Shown: positions 42,884 to 55,115 of the stretch, one piece after another | Layout: each line of letters begins with the position of its first letter | Position numbering within the stretch: the stretch's first letter is position 1 | Assembly: GCF_009914755.1 (NCBI RefSeq) | Contig: NC_060925.1 | Direction: 5' to 3' (one strand) | Length of the DNA stretch: 64,000 bases | Source: the human T2T-CHM13v2.0 reference genome, Homo sapiens | Translations under genes and position numbers: made by a program | The notes under the pieces: model-generated | What the model saw: the letters and a program-made list of their open reading frames with translations, nothing else | Told to the model about the DNA's origin: nothing | Databases searched by the model: none

Positions 42884-43728
42884 CATTTTTATCGATAGGC
42901 AAAATAAGACCTGTGAGTGGTCCAGTTACCCTCTCAGTATCACGCAGCTCATTAATGAAATGGATTGAACTTGCACTCAGGCCCCTTCATTAACCAGTAC
43001 TTTTTTTTTTTTCATTCAGACATGCTGCTTCTCCAAGATTGTGCTTTTTTTTTTTACCACCAGCATTGGTTTATCTAAAACAAAGTATATGTAATATTGT
43101 AATAAACAGCAAGAATCATTTTCTCTCCTTCTTTGCTGTCAGTACTCTAGGTTTTCATTTACTTTGTAATGTTTATATTTCAAAGTGCTCCATTAGAGTA
43201 ATTAGCGTGTAAGGTTTGGATTCTAGGTATCAAAGTTCTAACCCTGGTCCTGCTGAGCACCACTTGCTCAGTCTGTTATTTGAATACAGGTTATTTCCCA
43301 CAATAATAGATGTGGAGCATTCTCAGCAACACATACATTCAAAAGGCAGAGAGGAGAGAAGAGGTCAGGTTCCTAAGTTTATTAATGCGGCAAATATAAG
43401 GGGGCATCCCCAAATAATTACCTGTGTGTGTGTTAGTATATAAAAGTTATAATGAAGGCCTGAGCTGCTGGCTATTTGGTAATGTTCAAACTGGCCTACA
43501 GTTATAATACCTCTGAAAAAATCTCACCCTGTGGTTTATAGTAATTTGAAGTCTGAGATGAAAGTGCCTTCCAGAGAAGATTTACCCTTTTTGTGTGTGT
43601 GCTAGGGTCTGGGGGCCCTGTGGATTTAGGAACACCTTGAATCACACTCTGGGGGCTGTAGGAGGGTCCCTTCAGCCAGTGCTGTTTGTCCACTGAATGG
43701 GTTGGTTCCCCTGCCAGTATAGCCCTTT

Positions 43729-43774
43729 TTTTTAATTATTATTATACTTTAAGTTCTAGGGTACATGTGCACAA
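43729..43774 (-). mobile_element. L1PA micro-insertion (46 bp)
   Basis: TTATTATACTTTAAGTTCTAGGGTACATGTGCACAA between TSD copies CCAGTATAG(C/T)CCTTT (43714-43728 / 43775-43789). Confidence 0.92.
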
Positions 43775-44407
43775 CCAGTATAGTCCTTTGAGTCCCATTT
43801 CATTGTGGGGTATGTCTAGGATCTCTATGATGAGTGGGTTCTGGGCTTTGATATTTGGCCCCTCCCACCGTGAAACTGTCAAGAGAAAGTTGACATTTGT
43901 TAGGATAGGCAAATACACTCAGGGCAAAAGCAGTTTGTGAGCTGGATCACTTCTCTGAGTTCGCTCTTCATTTTGTTTAGCATGGTAATTATATCTTGTC
44001 AGCTCTTTGACGTCCTTATGATATTTTACAAACATGTTTTACTCAGCATTTTTAGTTGTTGTTAGTGGGGGGATTGATTTCAAATAATTTTGGCCTGTTA
44101 TTCCCATAAATTGATATTATAAGAGTATCCTACAGCTTCATAGTGGTAGTTCACTTCTGTGAAAATTGATTAAATATTTTATACAATGTTTGGTCTGTAT
44201 TTCAGGGGTCAGTGTGCTCTTCACAGATCTTAGGTCCATTTTCATAGATAACAGTAGCTGCAAAAGAATTTGCAATTCCATAAGCTTCAGCTTTATCCCC
44301 CAACAATGTCACGGTTAGATAGAAATACTAACTGGGATGCTTTAAGAGTAGAAGGGGATGTCATTGATAATATTGCCTGGATAACAAATGTAAAGTGAAA
44401 ACTTTTA

Positions 44408-44708
44408 CTTTTTTTTTTTTTTTTTTTTTGAGACAGAGTCTCACTCTGTCATCCAGGCATAGTTCAGTGGCGCAATCTCAGCTCACTACAATCTCCGCCT
44501 CCCAGGTTCAAGCAATTCTTATCCCTCAGCCCCCTGAGTAGCTGGGATTACAGCCACCTGCCACCACGCCCAGCTAATTTGTGTTTTTAGTAGAGACAGG
44601 GTTTCACCATGTTGGCCAGGCTAGTCTCAAACTCCTGACCTCAAGTGATCCACCCGCCTCAGCCTCCCAAAGTGCTGGGATTACAGGCGTGAGCCACCTC
44701 ACCCATCC
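44408..44708 (-). mobile_element. AluSx/Sz-like
   Basis: Reverse full-length Alu with poly(T). Confidence 0.94.
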
Positions 44709-46011
44709 CCAAGAACTTTTCAGATAAGCTAGTAGTATTGTCACCCTACTACCAGATCGAACTGAAGCAAGTTTCAGACTGAACCCTCCCCCACACACAG
44801 ATATATATTACACTGGTATTTCCTGGCCATCTCAAGCAAAATAGTTTGAAAACCCTGCTTCATAAACTTGAGGTTGTTTACCTCTCTGTCTTTATAGGGG
44901 CTCTCACTGTGATCTATCTGAAAGGTTTGCTTCAGACAGATATAAGCTTGGCACAGATGTAGGAATCTGCTACCCTCATAGTCTGCACGAGACATCTAGA
45001 AAGTCAACTCAGCCAGTGGCTGCACCCAGTACTGTTTAGGTCCTAGGCCTCAGGCAGCCTCCTTAAAGAACAAAGCTATTAGCCCCCAGTAGACTCTTAT
45101 TCTAGCTATGGAAGAGGTAGGAGTGGAGCATCTCTAAGAGATTGCAACTAATCCACACATCCAGAATGACTTTAATTTCACCATTGAAAGCCCATTTCAG
45201 ACATTAGTATGCGTATTAAAGCCTCGGTTGTTGATTTAGATAGAGATAGCTGAGCAGCTTGCGTTAACTGCCTCTGGAGAATGGCCTTTCTTGCGTAGTG
45301 CTGGTCAGCCATCCCTGAGGTGTGGTCTCTTAGACACTCCCTCTGCAAAAATATTTGAAAATAGATTACAGATCTCATCACAAGGAATACCTAATATCTA
45401 TTTAGTAGTCTGACACGTTAAACTTACGGAAACACGTTTCAATATACTGCAGGGATACCCAGCCCAGGGTATGAATGGCTCTGATTCCTTCCTGTCTTTT
45501 ATATCTGTCCTGTCTAAAGCTAACTGGAATTATGGGCCCTTGGCAGTAAATGCTATGTTACCTCCTTGCTGAAATTTCTATCCTGTTTAAACATGATTTA
45601 TGAAAATCATATATCTTAAAATTTAATGAGATAATAATGTAAACTACCTAGCATTCCATCAGAAGTACAGTTGATACAGTCAATAAAATTGTAGTTATTT
45701 TTATGTTTTAATTTCTGAGCCTAATGATTGCTTTCCCAAACAGTTTATTTAAATTATATAGTTAAGGGTACCTTACAAGGACAATGCACAGGCTCTTAGA
45801 TTTCAATTAGAAATGCCAGTGAGATCTCAGTGTTAATTATGACTTCTCATTGGAATCATGTCATGTTGCTGCTGTTTTGGTCTGCCATTGTCCTCCCTCA
45901 AAAGGGTCCAAAGCTGAGAAGCCTTATTCTGATAATTGTTTGGGAAGAAATTGTCCTAATGTAGCAGGTACCAAAAAGAGAACCGGTATTGGCATACAGG
46001 ATACATATTCT

Positions 46012-46418
46012 TTTTTAAATTTGTTTATTTATTTTTATTTTTTTATTATACTTTAAGTTCTAGGGTACATGTGCAGAATGTGCAGATTTGCTACATAGGT
46101 ATATACATGCCATGGTGGTTTGTTGCACCCATCAATCTGTCATCTACATTAGCTGTTTCTCCTAATACTATCCCTCCCTTTGCCCCCTACCCCCTGACAG
46201 GTCTTGGTGTGTGATGTTCCCCTCCTTGTATCCATATGTTCTCATTGTTCAACTCCCACTTATGAGTGAGAACATGTGGTGTTCAGTTGTCTGTTCCTGT
46301 GTTAGTTTGCTGAGAATGATGGTTTCCAGTTTCACCTATATCCCTGCAAATGACATGAACTTATTCTTTTTTATGGCTGCATAGTATTCCATGGTGTATA
46401 TGTGCCACGTTTTCTTTA
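46012..46418 (-). mobile_element. L1PA7/8-like 3' fragment
   Basis: 3'UTR; TSD ACAGG(A/T)TAC(A/C)TATTCT (45996-46011 / 46419-46434). Confidence 0.92.
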
Positions 46419-47001
46419 ACAGGTTACCTATTCTAAGATCTTTTATAATCATATCTTTTTATTAGTATTTGAAGAGATGGAATTAGCTATTGGTTTGAAC
46501 TTTGCTTCTTCCGCCTCCTTCCCTCTGATATTATTGGTGATAGTTGTGTAAAATTGTCCAGAAGAGGGGAGTTAATTCCCACTTTATAGTAGGGGGAATT
46601 CAGGTTTATAGATGAAGTCTGCCTAGTTCTTTATCTCCATAGGGCCAGAATGGGCATCCAATTTTTTTGAGTCCTAGCTCAGGGCTCTCTGCTCTGGGCA
46701 GTGTGTTAGCTTGTTACTGAATGAAGCATGTGTTACCTAATAAAATCAGAATGCGCAACATATGCAAAAATAAAACTGGCAAACAGGCATACTACTTTTG
46801 GCTACCAGTTGTTTCATTTTTACAGTTGAAAATAAATTTATCAGACTTCATTTATTATGTGTCATATAATACAAATTTTGCAGTTTGCATATTGACTATG
46901 AAATTTTTTCACATCTGTGAATTAAATGAGGATAAAATTCTTTTAACAAAATTATTAACAGAGTTCCTTGCTCTTGATTGAACCAAGCAAAGAATGAAAT
47001 A

Positions 47002-47172
47002 CACTTATATGCCACATAACAACATTTTGGTCAACAACAGACCATGTATGTGATGGTGGTCCCATAACATTATAATGGGGTTGAAAAATTGCTATCACCA
47101 AGCTAGTTTGTAGTGTATCACATTACTTTTTCTAGGTTTAGATATGTTTAGATACACAAATGCTTATTATTG
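47002..47172. mobile_element. Tigger3-like fragment
   Basis: GCCACATAACAACATTTTGGTCAACAACAGACC..GGTGGTCCCATAACATTATAATG. Confidence 0.75.
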
Positions 47173-47173
47173 T

Positions 47174-47314
47174 AAGAGAGTTCTCACCAGTGACTGAGTC
47201 AGCTGGCACCTTGATCTTAGACTTCCCAGCTTTCAGAATTATGAGAAAATATATTTCTGTTTAAGCACCCCAGTTTGTCATATTTTGCTATGGCAGCCCA
47301 AGCTGTCCAAGACA
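47174..47314 (+). mobile_element. MLT1 LTR 3' fragment
   Basis: GCTGGCACCTTGATCTTAGACTTCCCAGC..TATGGCAGCCCAAGCTG..AAGACA. Confidence 0.82.
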
Positions 47315-47670
47315 GATTTGAATCTCAGCTCTGCCACTGGCTGGCTGAATAAACCTGGGCAAATTACTTTATATCTCTAGTCCTCAGTTTTCTCATTAGT
47401 TCAAAAGGCTATTGAGTTCTGATTGTACACACACCCGCACCCATATTAAGCACTTAATCAATGTTAGTTTCCTTCGTGTGTTTCTTAGGAAATGACCTAT
47501 GTCTGTAGGCTTTGGAGGTGTTTGAAACTTAGGGCAACCAGTAAGAGAGATAACTTAAAGGGGTTTGTTTTTTTTTTTTTTTTCCTTTTTTCGTTGCCCT
47601 GAACAGACTCTGTGATAAGTCTTTGTCCATGGGACAAAAGGAGGGTGTAGAATCCAGAATCTGTTACTTC

Positions 47671-49808
47671 CTTTTTTTTTTTTTTTTAATAAATCAACTA
47701 TTATTTTTGATTCAGGGGTACATGTGTAGGTTTGTTATCTGGGTATATTGCATGATGCTAAGGTTTTGGGTTTGATTGATCCTCTCACCCAGGTACTAAG
47801 AAGAGTACTCAATAGTTAGTTTTTCAATCTTTGTCCCTCTTTCTCCCCCATCTAGGAGTCCCCAGTGTCTATTGTTGCCATCTTTATGTCCATGTGTACC
47901 CAATGTTTAGCTCCCAGTTATAAGTTAGAGCTAGTGGTGAAGGTTTTTGGGGGGGTCCAGTTTCATTCTTCTACAAATGGGTAGCCACCTAGCACCATTT
48001 ATTAAATAGGGAGTCCTTTCCCCATTGCTTATTTTTATTGAAGATTGGATGACGGTAGATGTGTGGCTTTATTTTTATTTTTGGATTCTCTATTCTTTTC
48101 CATAGGTCTTTTCCATGTGGTGTTTGCTTTTCTGTTCCTGCCTTAATTCACTTACATAGCCTCCAGCTGCATCCATGTTACTGCAAAGGACATGATTTTG
48201 TTTGTTTTTTGGCTGTGTAATGTTCCGTGGTATATATGTACCATGTTTTCCTTATCCAGGCCACCATTGATGCACACCTAGGTTGATTCTAAATCTTTGC
48301 TATTGTGTATAGTGCTGTGATGAACATATGAGTGCATGTGTCTTTTTGGTAGAATAATTTATTATTACAGAGACCAAAACAGCATGGTACTGGTACAAAA
48401 AGACACATAGACCTATGGAGAAGAATAGAGAATCCAAAAATAAAGCCACACATCTACAGTCATCCAATCTTCAATAAAATCAATAAAAATAAGCAATGGG
48501 GAAAGGACTCCCTATTTAATAAATGGTGCTAGATGGCCAACCATTTGTAGAAGAATGAAACTGGACCCCCAAAAAACCTTCATCACATATAAAAATTAAC
48601 TCAAGATGGATTAAAGAGTTAAATGTAAGACCTCAAACTGTAAGAGTCGTAGAAGAAAACCTAGGAAATACCATTCGGGATATTGGCTTTGGCAAATAAT
48701 TTATGACTAAGTCCTCAAAAGTAATTGCAGCAGGAACAAAAATTGACAAGTGGAACCTAATTAAACTAAAGAGCTTCTGCACAGCACGAGAAACTCTCCA
48801 CAGAGTAAACGGACAACCTACAGGATGGGAGAAAATATTTGCAAACTATACATTCCACAAAGGTCTTTTATCCAGCACCTACTAATACAAGAAACTTAAA
48901 CAATTCAACAAGCAAAAAATAAATAGCCTCATGAAAAAAATGGTCAAAAGATGAAGCCATAAAAAAAAATGAGATCATGTCCTTTGCAGGGACATGAATG
49001 GAGCTGGAGGCCATTATCCTTAGCAAACTAACACAGGAAAAGAAAACCAAATGCCGCATGTTCTCACTTAAAAGTGGGAGCTTAATGACGAGAACACGTG
49101 GACACATAGAGGAGAACAAAACACACTGGGGTCTTTCAGAGAGTGGAGGGTGAGAGGAGGGAGAGGATCGGGAAAAATAACTAATGGGTACTAGGCTTAA
49201 TACCTGGGTGATGAAATAATCTGCACAACAAACCCTCATGACACAAGTTTACCTATGTAGCAAACCTGCACTTGTACCCCTGAACTTAAAAAAAAAAAAA
49301 AAAGAGACCTGCAACTTTAATTAAAACAACATATAACAAAATGAATTTTGCTATAGGCTAATTGATATAAACAAGAGTTAAGTTCATATGGCATATTTCT
49401 GGTCACTTTTAAATAAAGACCCCAAACACTTATAATATTAAACACTGAAGTAAATGTGAGCTATACATACATTTAATAAAGACTAATTTTTAAAGATGGG
49501 TAAAAGGTGTGAACACACACTTCTCAAAAGAAGACATACAAGTGGCCAACAAACATACGAAAAAATGTTCTACACCACTAATCATCAGAGAAATGCAAAT
49601 CCAAATCATTATGAGATACCATTTTACACCAGTCAGAGCAACAGATACTAGCGAGGCTGTGAGAAGAGGGAACACTTATATACTGTTGGCAGGGGTATAA
49701 ATTAGTTCAGCCACTGTGGAGAACAGTGTGGGGATTTCTGAAAAAAACGTAAAACACAACTCTCATTAGACCCAGTGATCTCATTACTGGGTATATATCT
49801 AAAAGGAA
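47671..49808 (-). mobile_element. L1PA15/16-like with 5' inversion (minus 47671-48363; inverted plus 48364-49808) and two later insertions
   Basis: TSD CTGTTACTTC (47661-47670 / 49809-49818); the two segments are contiguous in the L1 consensus. Confidence 0.88.
48954..49303 (+). mobile_element. Nested L1PA (PA11-13-like) 3' fragment
   Basis: GCCATAAAAA..GTACCCCTGAACTTAAAA followed by poly(A). Confidence 0.88.
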
Positions 49809-50371
49809 CTGTTACTTCTGATTGAGTTGGGAGTGAGATAAGAGGGAAGAAATGGGAGTTAAGTTCAAGGGGAACATGTCTGAGGCAGATTTGATTGTTT
49901 TGTAGTTTGGCTTTTATTTTTCCGTCAGTTTTCAGTAAACTAGCTGAAATGCTTTTTAATACTGGGCTGTACCCATTTCTGATTTTTGAGTACAGATAAG
50001 TATGAGAATTATCTAACAGCTCTTAGAAGTTGCGCATGACTACATGTTTGGACTGTTTTATCTGCAAGGAGGACAACTTGTTTTGGAAACTTGAAAGGCT
50101 AAAATCTCCCCTAACTGTGTGGCTTCTTAAACATTGTCTCTGTGCTGTGAGAGTCAGCCATATTCTATATTAATTACTGTTGGCTCTGTAAAGCATGTGA
50201 AGGTAGTGGGGGAAGAAGTTTAGCTTTGTTGGGGAAATGAATATTGGTGTGGGCCATGAGTAGAATCTAAGTAGAGACATAGACAGATGCTTTTATTTCT
50301 TGCTTTGACATTTTATTTTTCCTGATAGTTAAACTAGTTTCTAGCTATGAATATAAAGTATAAGAACACTT

Positions 50372-52683
50372 TCATCTTTTTTTGCTGATGGCCATTCTAA
50401 CAGGTGTGAGATAGTATCTCATTTTGGTTTTAATTTACATTTCTCTGATTAGTGATGTAGAGCATTTTTTCATTTATCAGTTGGCCATTTGTATGTCTTC
50501 TTCTGAGAAATGTCTGTTCAGATCCTTTGCCCATTTTCAATAGGGTTATTTGCCTTTCTGTTATTGAGTAGTTTGTTATATATTTAGACATATAAATATA
50601 TTAGATATTAGCCCCTATTCAGTGCATGATTTGCAAATATTTTCTCCCAATTTGTGGTTGTCTCTGCACTCTATTGTTTTGTTTGTGTGCAGAAGCATTT
50701 TGATTTGATGCCATCCCATTTGTCTATTTTCTACTTTCATTGCCTGTGCTTTTGAGTCATATCCGAGAAATAATTGCCCTGACCAATGTCATGGAACCTT
50801 TCCTAACCCCTGTGTTTTCTTCGAGTAGTTTTATAGTTTTAAGTCTTTAATTCCTTTTGAGTTTATTCTTTTATGAAGGATGAAATAAGGATCTATTTTC
50901 ATTTTTGTGTATGTATAGATGTACAGTTTTAATAACACCTTTTATTAAATAGGCTGTCCTTTCCCCATTCTGTGTTCTTGACACCTGTGTTGCAAATCAA
51001 TTGACTGTAGTTAGCTGGGTTTATTTCTGGACACTCCATTCTATTCCACTGGACGATGTGTCTATTTTTATGCCACCACCATACTGTTTTGATTACTATA
51101 GCTTTGTAATATATTTTCAGATCTGGTTGTGTGATTTCTCTGGTTTTGTCCTTTTTGATCAAGATTACTTTGGCTATTTGGTTTTTTTTGTGGTTTCAAA
51201 TAAATTTTAGGATTATTTTTTCTATTTCTGTGAAGAATGACATTGGAATTTTGATTGGGATTACATTGAATCTGTAGATTGCTTTAGGTAGTATGGCCAT
51301 TTTAACAATATTGAGTCTTCCAATCCATAAACACAGCATATCTTTCCATTTATTTATGTCGTCTTCAATTTTTTTCATCAATGTTTTATTGTTTTCAGTG
51401 TACAGATTTTTCATTTCCTTGGTTAAATTTTCTCCTAAGTATTTTTTGATGCTATTATAAATGGAACTGTTTTCTTTTTTCTTTTTCAGACTGTTGTTAG
51501 TGTATAGAAATGCTTCTGATTTTTATAGGTCGACTTTTGTATCCTGCAACTTAATTGAATTTATCAGTTCTAACAGTTTTTTGATAGAGTCTGTAGGATT
51601 TTCTATATACAAGATTATGTCATCAGCAAGCAGAGGCAATTTCATTTCATCCTTTTCTATCTGAATGCCTTTTATTTATTTTTCTTGCCTAATTGCTCTG
51701 GCTAGGATGTCCAGTACTATGTTGAACAGATGTGGTGAGAGTAGGCGTCCTTGTCTTGTTTCTGATCTTAGAAGAAAAGCTTTCAACTTTTCACCATTGA
51801 GTATCCTGTTAGCTCTTGGCTTATCATATATGGCCTTTATCATATTAAGAAACATTCTGTCTATACCCAATTTGTTGGGAGTTTTTATCATGAAACGAGT
51901 TTGCCAAGGATGTGGGGAAAAGAGAACTCTTCCATACTGTTGGTGGAATGTAAGTTAATATAGCCATTGTGGAAAACAGTGTGAAGATTTCTCAAAAAAT
52001 AACAATAGAATTTCCACATCATCCAGCAATTTCACTACTGGGTATATACCCAAAGGGAATGACTTCAGTATGTCTAAGAGATGTCTATACTTCTGTGTTC
52101 ATTGCAGCATTATTACCAATAATCACACCTCGGATAAACCTCATTGGCTTCAGTAGTACTGCAACAGCACCTCATTGGCTTTGATAACTGCCACAGCACA
52201 AAGCTAATTGTATTATTATTCACAAGAGCCATGAAATGGAAACAACCTAAGTGTCCATCAACAGATGATTGCATTAAAATATATAATATATATATACACA
52301 ATGAAATACAATTAAAAAACTAGGTAATTCTGTCATTTGTAACAACATGGACAAACCTAGAAGACGTTATGTTAAGTGAAATAAGCCAGGGACAGAGAGA
52401 CAAAATCTCTACGATCACATTTATATGTGGAATCTAAAAAAGTCAAAGTAATAGAGGTAGAAAGTAGAGTGGTGGTTACTAGAGGCTGAGGGGACAGGAT
52501 GGATGGGGAAAAGGGAGACTTGGTCAGTGGGTACAAAGTCTCATTTAGATAGGAGGAATAAGTCCTGCTGGTCTATTGCACAGCATGGTGACTATGGTTA
52601 ATAATAATGTATTGTATATTTCAAAATAGCTAAACAAGAGGGTTTAAAATATTTGAGATGATGGATATGTTAAATAAATAATT
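50372..52683 (+). mobile_element. L1MA-type element with 5' inversion (minus 50372-51893; plus 51894-52683)
   Basis: ORF2 peptides on minus, 3' end on plus; TSD AAAG(T/C)A(T/C)AAGAACACTT (50355-50371 / 52684-52700). Confidence 0.85.
52112..52205 (-). pseudogene. 3'-truncated U4 snRNA retrocopy (nt ~1-62) with internal duplication of nt ~8-35
   Basis: Minus strand AGCTTTGTGCTGTGGCAGTTATCAAAGCCAATGAGG-TGCTGTTGCAGTACTACTGAAGCCAATGAGG-TTTATCCGAGGTGTGATTATTGGTAAT versus U4 AGCTTTGCGCAGTGGCAGTATCGTAGCCAATGAGGTTTATCCGAGGCGCGATTATTGCTAAT. Confidence 0.9.
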
Positions 52684-52750
52684 AAAGCACAAGAACACTT
52701 CTTTAAAAATCTGCAAATAACCCTTTGACCCCCTAGGAACTTTCCACGAT

Positions 52751-52752
<2 letters not shown>

Positions 52753-52791
<39 letters not shown>
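52753..52791. repeat. Poly(T)39
   Basis: Uninterrupted homopolymer. Confidence 0.95.
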
Positions 52792-52792
<1 letters not shown>

Positions 52793-54939
52793 TGACTCTG
52801 TTTGCATGTATTTGGATAGCCTACACATTTGCACTTCTTTTATCCTGTTGGGGTTGCCACTGAATCATGGTTTTCTTATGAAATTTTCTATGGAACAAGT
52901 TGTACATTACAAACTCCAGGTCCTTTTCATAGAGTCTGGCTTCATTCTTGGAGACACAGGCTTTTTCGCTTCCCTATTAATTACCATAAGAAAGTTCATT
53001 CATCATCATTTGTTTATTTTTGTAATAGTCTCAAAAATTAGGCTCAGTGTGAGCAATGTTGTTTTTCCCCACTAGGCTTTTCAGTGTCTGATTTTTTTTT
53101 TTTTTTTAATGAAATGCAAGCTTATAAGGCTTGCTTAGAAATTGCTTCATGCCCCCATTTTTTTAAACCTTTTTTTTTAAAGTGTTTTCCTCACATGGGA
53201 TATAGAATTTTAAGACCTGTTTATTATATTTATTGAGACATTAAAAATGTACTAAATGCTGTTGGGAGGTTTAGTGAATGGTTTTCATTGAAATGTAAAG
53301 TCATTGAGAATTAGAAATTTGAGAAGAAAGTAGGCTCCAGTGAGCCTGTGTAACCTTTTCATCAATTGTAGCCTTGTAGTGGAGAAAAGTACATGTGAGA
53401 TACTAGGCTTTCATAAAAACCTACTCTCAGAAATTTAATATGAGAATTTGTTTTAATTTAAAATATAAGTTCATTACCTAGAGCTTTTTATAAAAAGAAA
53501 TACCTCATATGTCTTTTGAAATCACACATAAATTATTAGATCAAGGTCAAATGAATTATAATGTCTTTTACTACAAGTTCAGCAAAAAACTTGGGTTGAG
53601 CTTAGATTATATTTTTAATGACATTGTTCCATAGTTGGACTTTTTGATTATACTTCTATGGGAAGAAAGAATGCAATACTTGGGGTTGTACCAAAGCCAT
53701 GAGCTTTGCATATGGTTATTCTTTTCCCTCATTGTACTTACTGTCTGAATTGAGAATCATGTATTTGTTTATTTGTTTGTTTGTTTTGGCCAACCTCTTG
53801 ACCCTCACTAGGAGGGTGACTCTGTGAGCCTGAAGACAGCCCACTGCAGCTCAAGGCCTTCCTCCCCATAATGTTGCATCTGTTCTTTAAGATCAGTGGG
53901 TGACTGCGAATGGAATTGTCCAGGACCACATGGAGCATGCATGGAGGTAGAGCCCAAGTTTGACCACAGAGCACTTAGTGTGAGCCCATAATTAATCACA
54001 TCAACTTTGACCCTTGAACTACTTTGTGTAAAAGGTGTGGTTTTTGCAAAAAGATTCCTTTGGCATAATCCTTGAGAGGGGTCGGATTGGCACTGTTATT
54101 TTGGGGCAAGGGGAAGCCCCTTTCATAAGTAGAGTTATGTTTGTATTTCAAAATTGGCTGACTGAAAGTTCTTTGTGTTTTGACAAGCACTTCTCCAGCA
54201 TCCCTAAGTGGATACTCTCAGGATGCTCCCTGGCCACCTTTATCCAGTTGGATGAAGTGAGGATTCTGAGAGTTCTGGAGAAGATGCAATAATTGACACT
54301 TTTCACCTTTCCCTTATGGAGCCGCATGTGTCCTATTCTTGTGAGGTATATTCTACAAATATAATCATAGTCCTTCCTCTCAGCTCAGTGTGCCGAGACA
54401 TCAGCTAAAACATCAAAGTCATGTGATGACATGTTATCTTTTGGCATGGCTGAAGCAATGACATTTCGTGCTGTTGACTATCTTGCATCTTCTTTCACGG
54501 TCAAACATGAATACAGCGAGATCTTTATTTTCTCAGCCAAATACCTCTGACTACATTTTTACATTAAACAATTTAAATCAGATAATTATATGCACGTGAT
54601 TAAGAAAATAAGTTGTATAGAAAGGCCTATAATGGAAAAAGCACAGTTTCCAAATCTCCGTAAGAACTTTGTCACTTCTCCGATAGATTATAAAGGAAAG
54701 AATTGTTCCCTTTAGCCACTAGAGCATAATAGCAGGCTCATTTGAGGAAATGGTGGAACTTAAGAGGAGGGTTCTCTATCATTGTCAAAAACAGCATGAA
54801 ATTCTTATGAATTAAGTTGTAAAGAGAATTTCTGAATTGAGGAAGACATTGAAATAGATTGTCTGCAAGATTCCGATTAATGCTATTTTTATGGTTCCAA
54901 ATTTAAGATAGACAATTGCTGATCATAATAGGGAACACT

Positions 54940-55115
54940 TACAGACATTACTATGCAAAGACTTGCAACAACTGTATGAGGCAGGTGTTTTTATCTCCAT
55001 CTTCAGGATGAAAGAACTGAGGCATAGAGTAGTAAAAGAAACTTAATTAGCAGGTGGTGGGGCTATGATCTAAACACAGGCATTCTGGGTGCAGGTCCAT
55101 GCTCTGAACCTCTGC
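54940..55115 (-). mobile_element. MIR
   Basis: TATGAGGCAGG..ATCTCCATCTTCAGGATGAAAGAACTGAGGCATAGAG. Confidence 0.78.

Noticed and set aside
52753-52791. Poly(T)39 as an orphan retroposon tail
   Set aside because: No TSD or attached element found.
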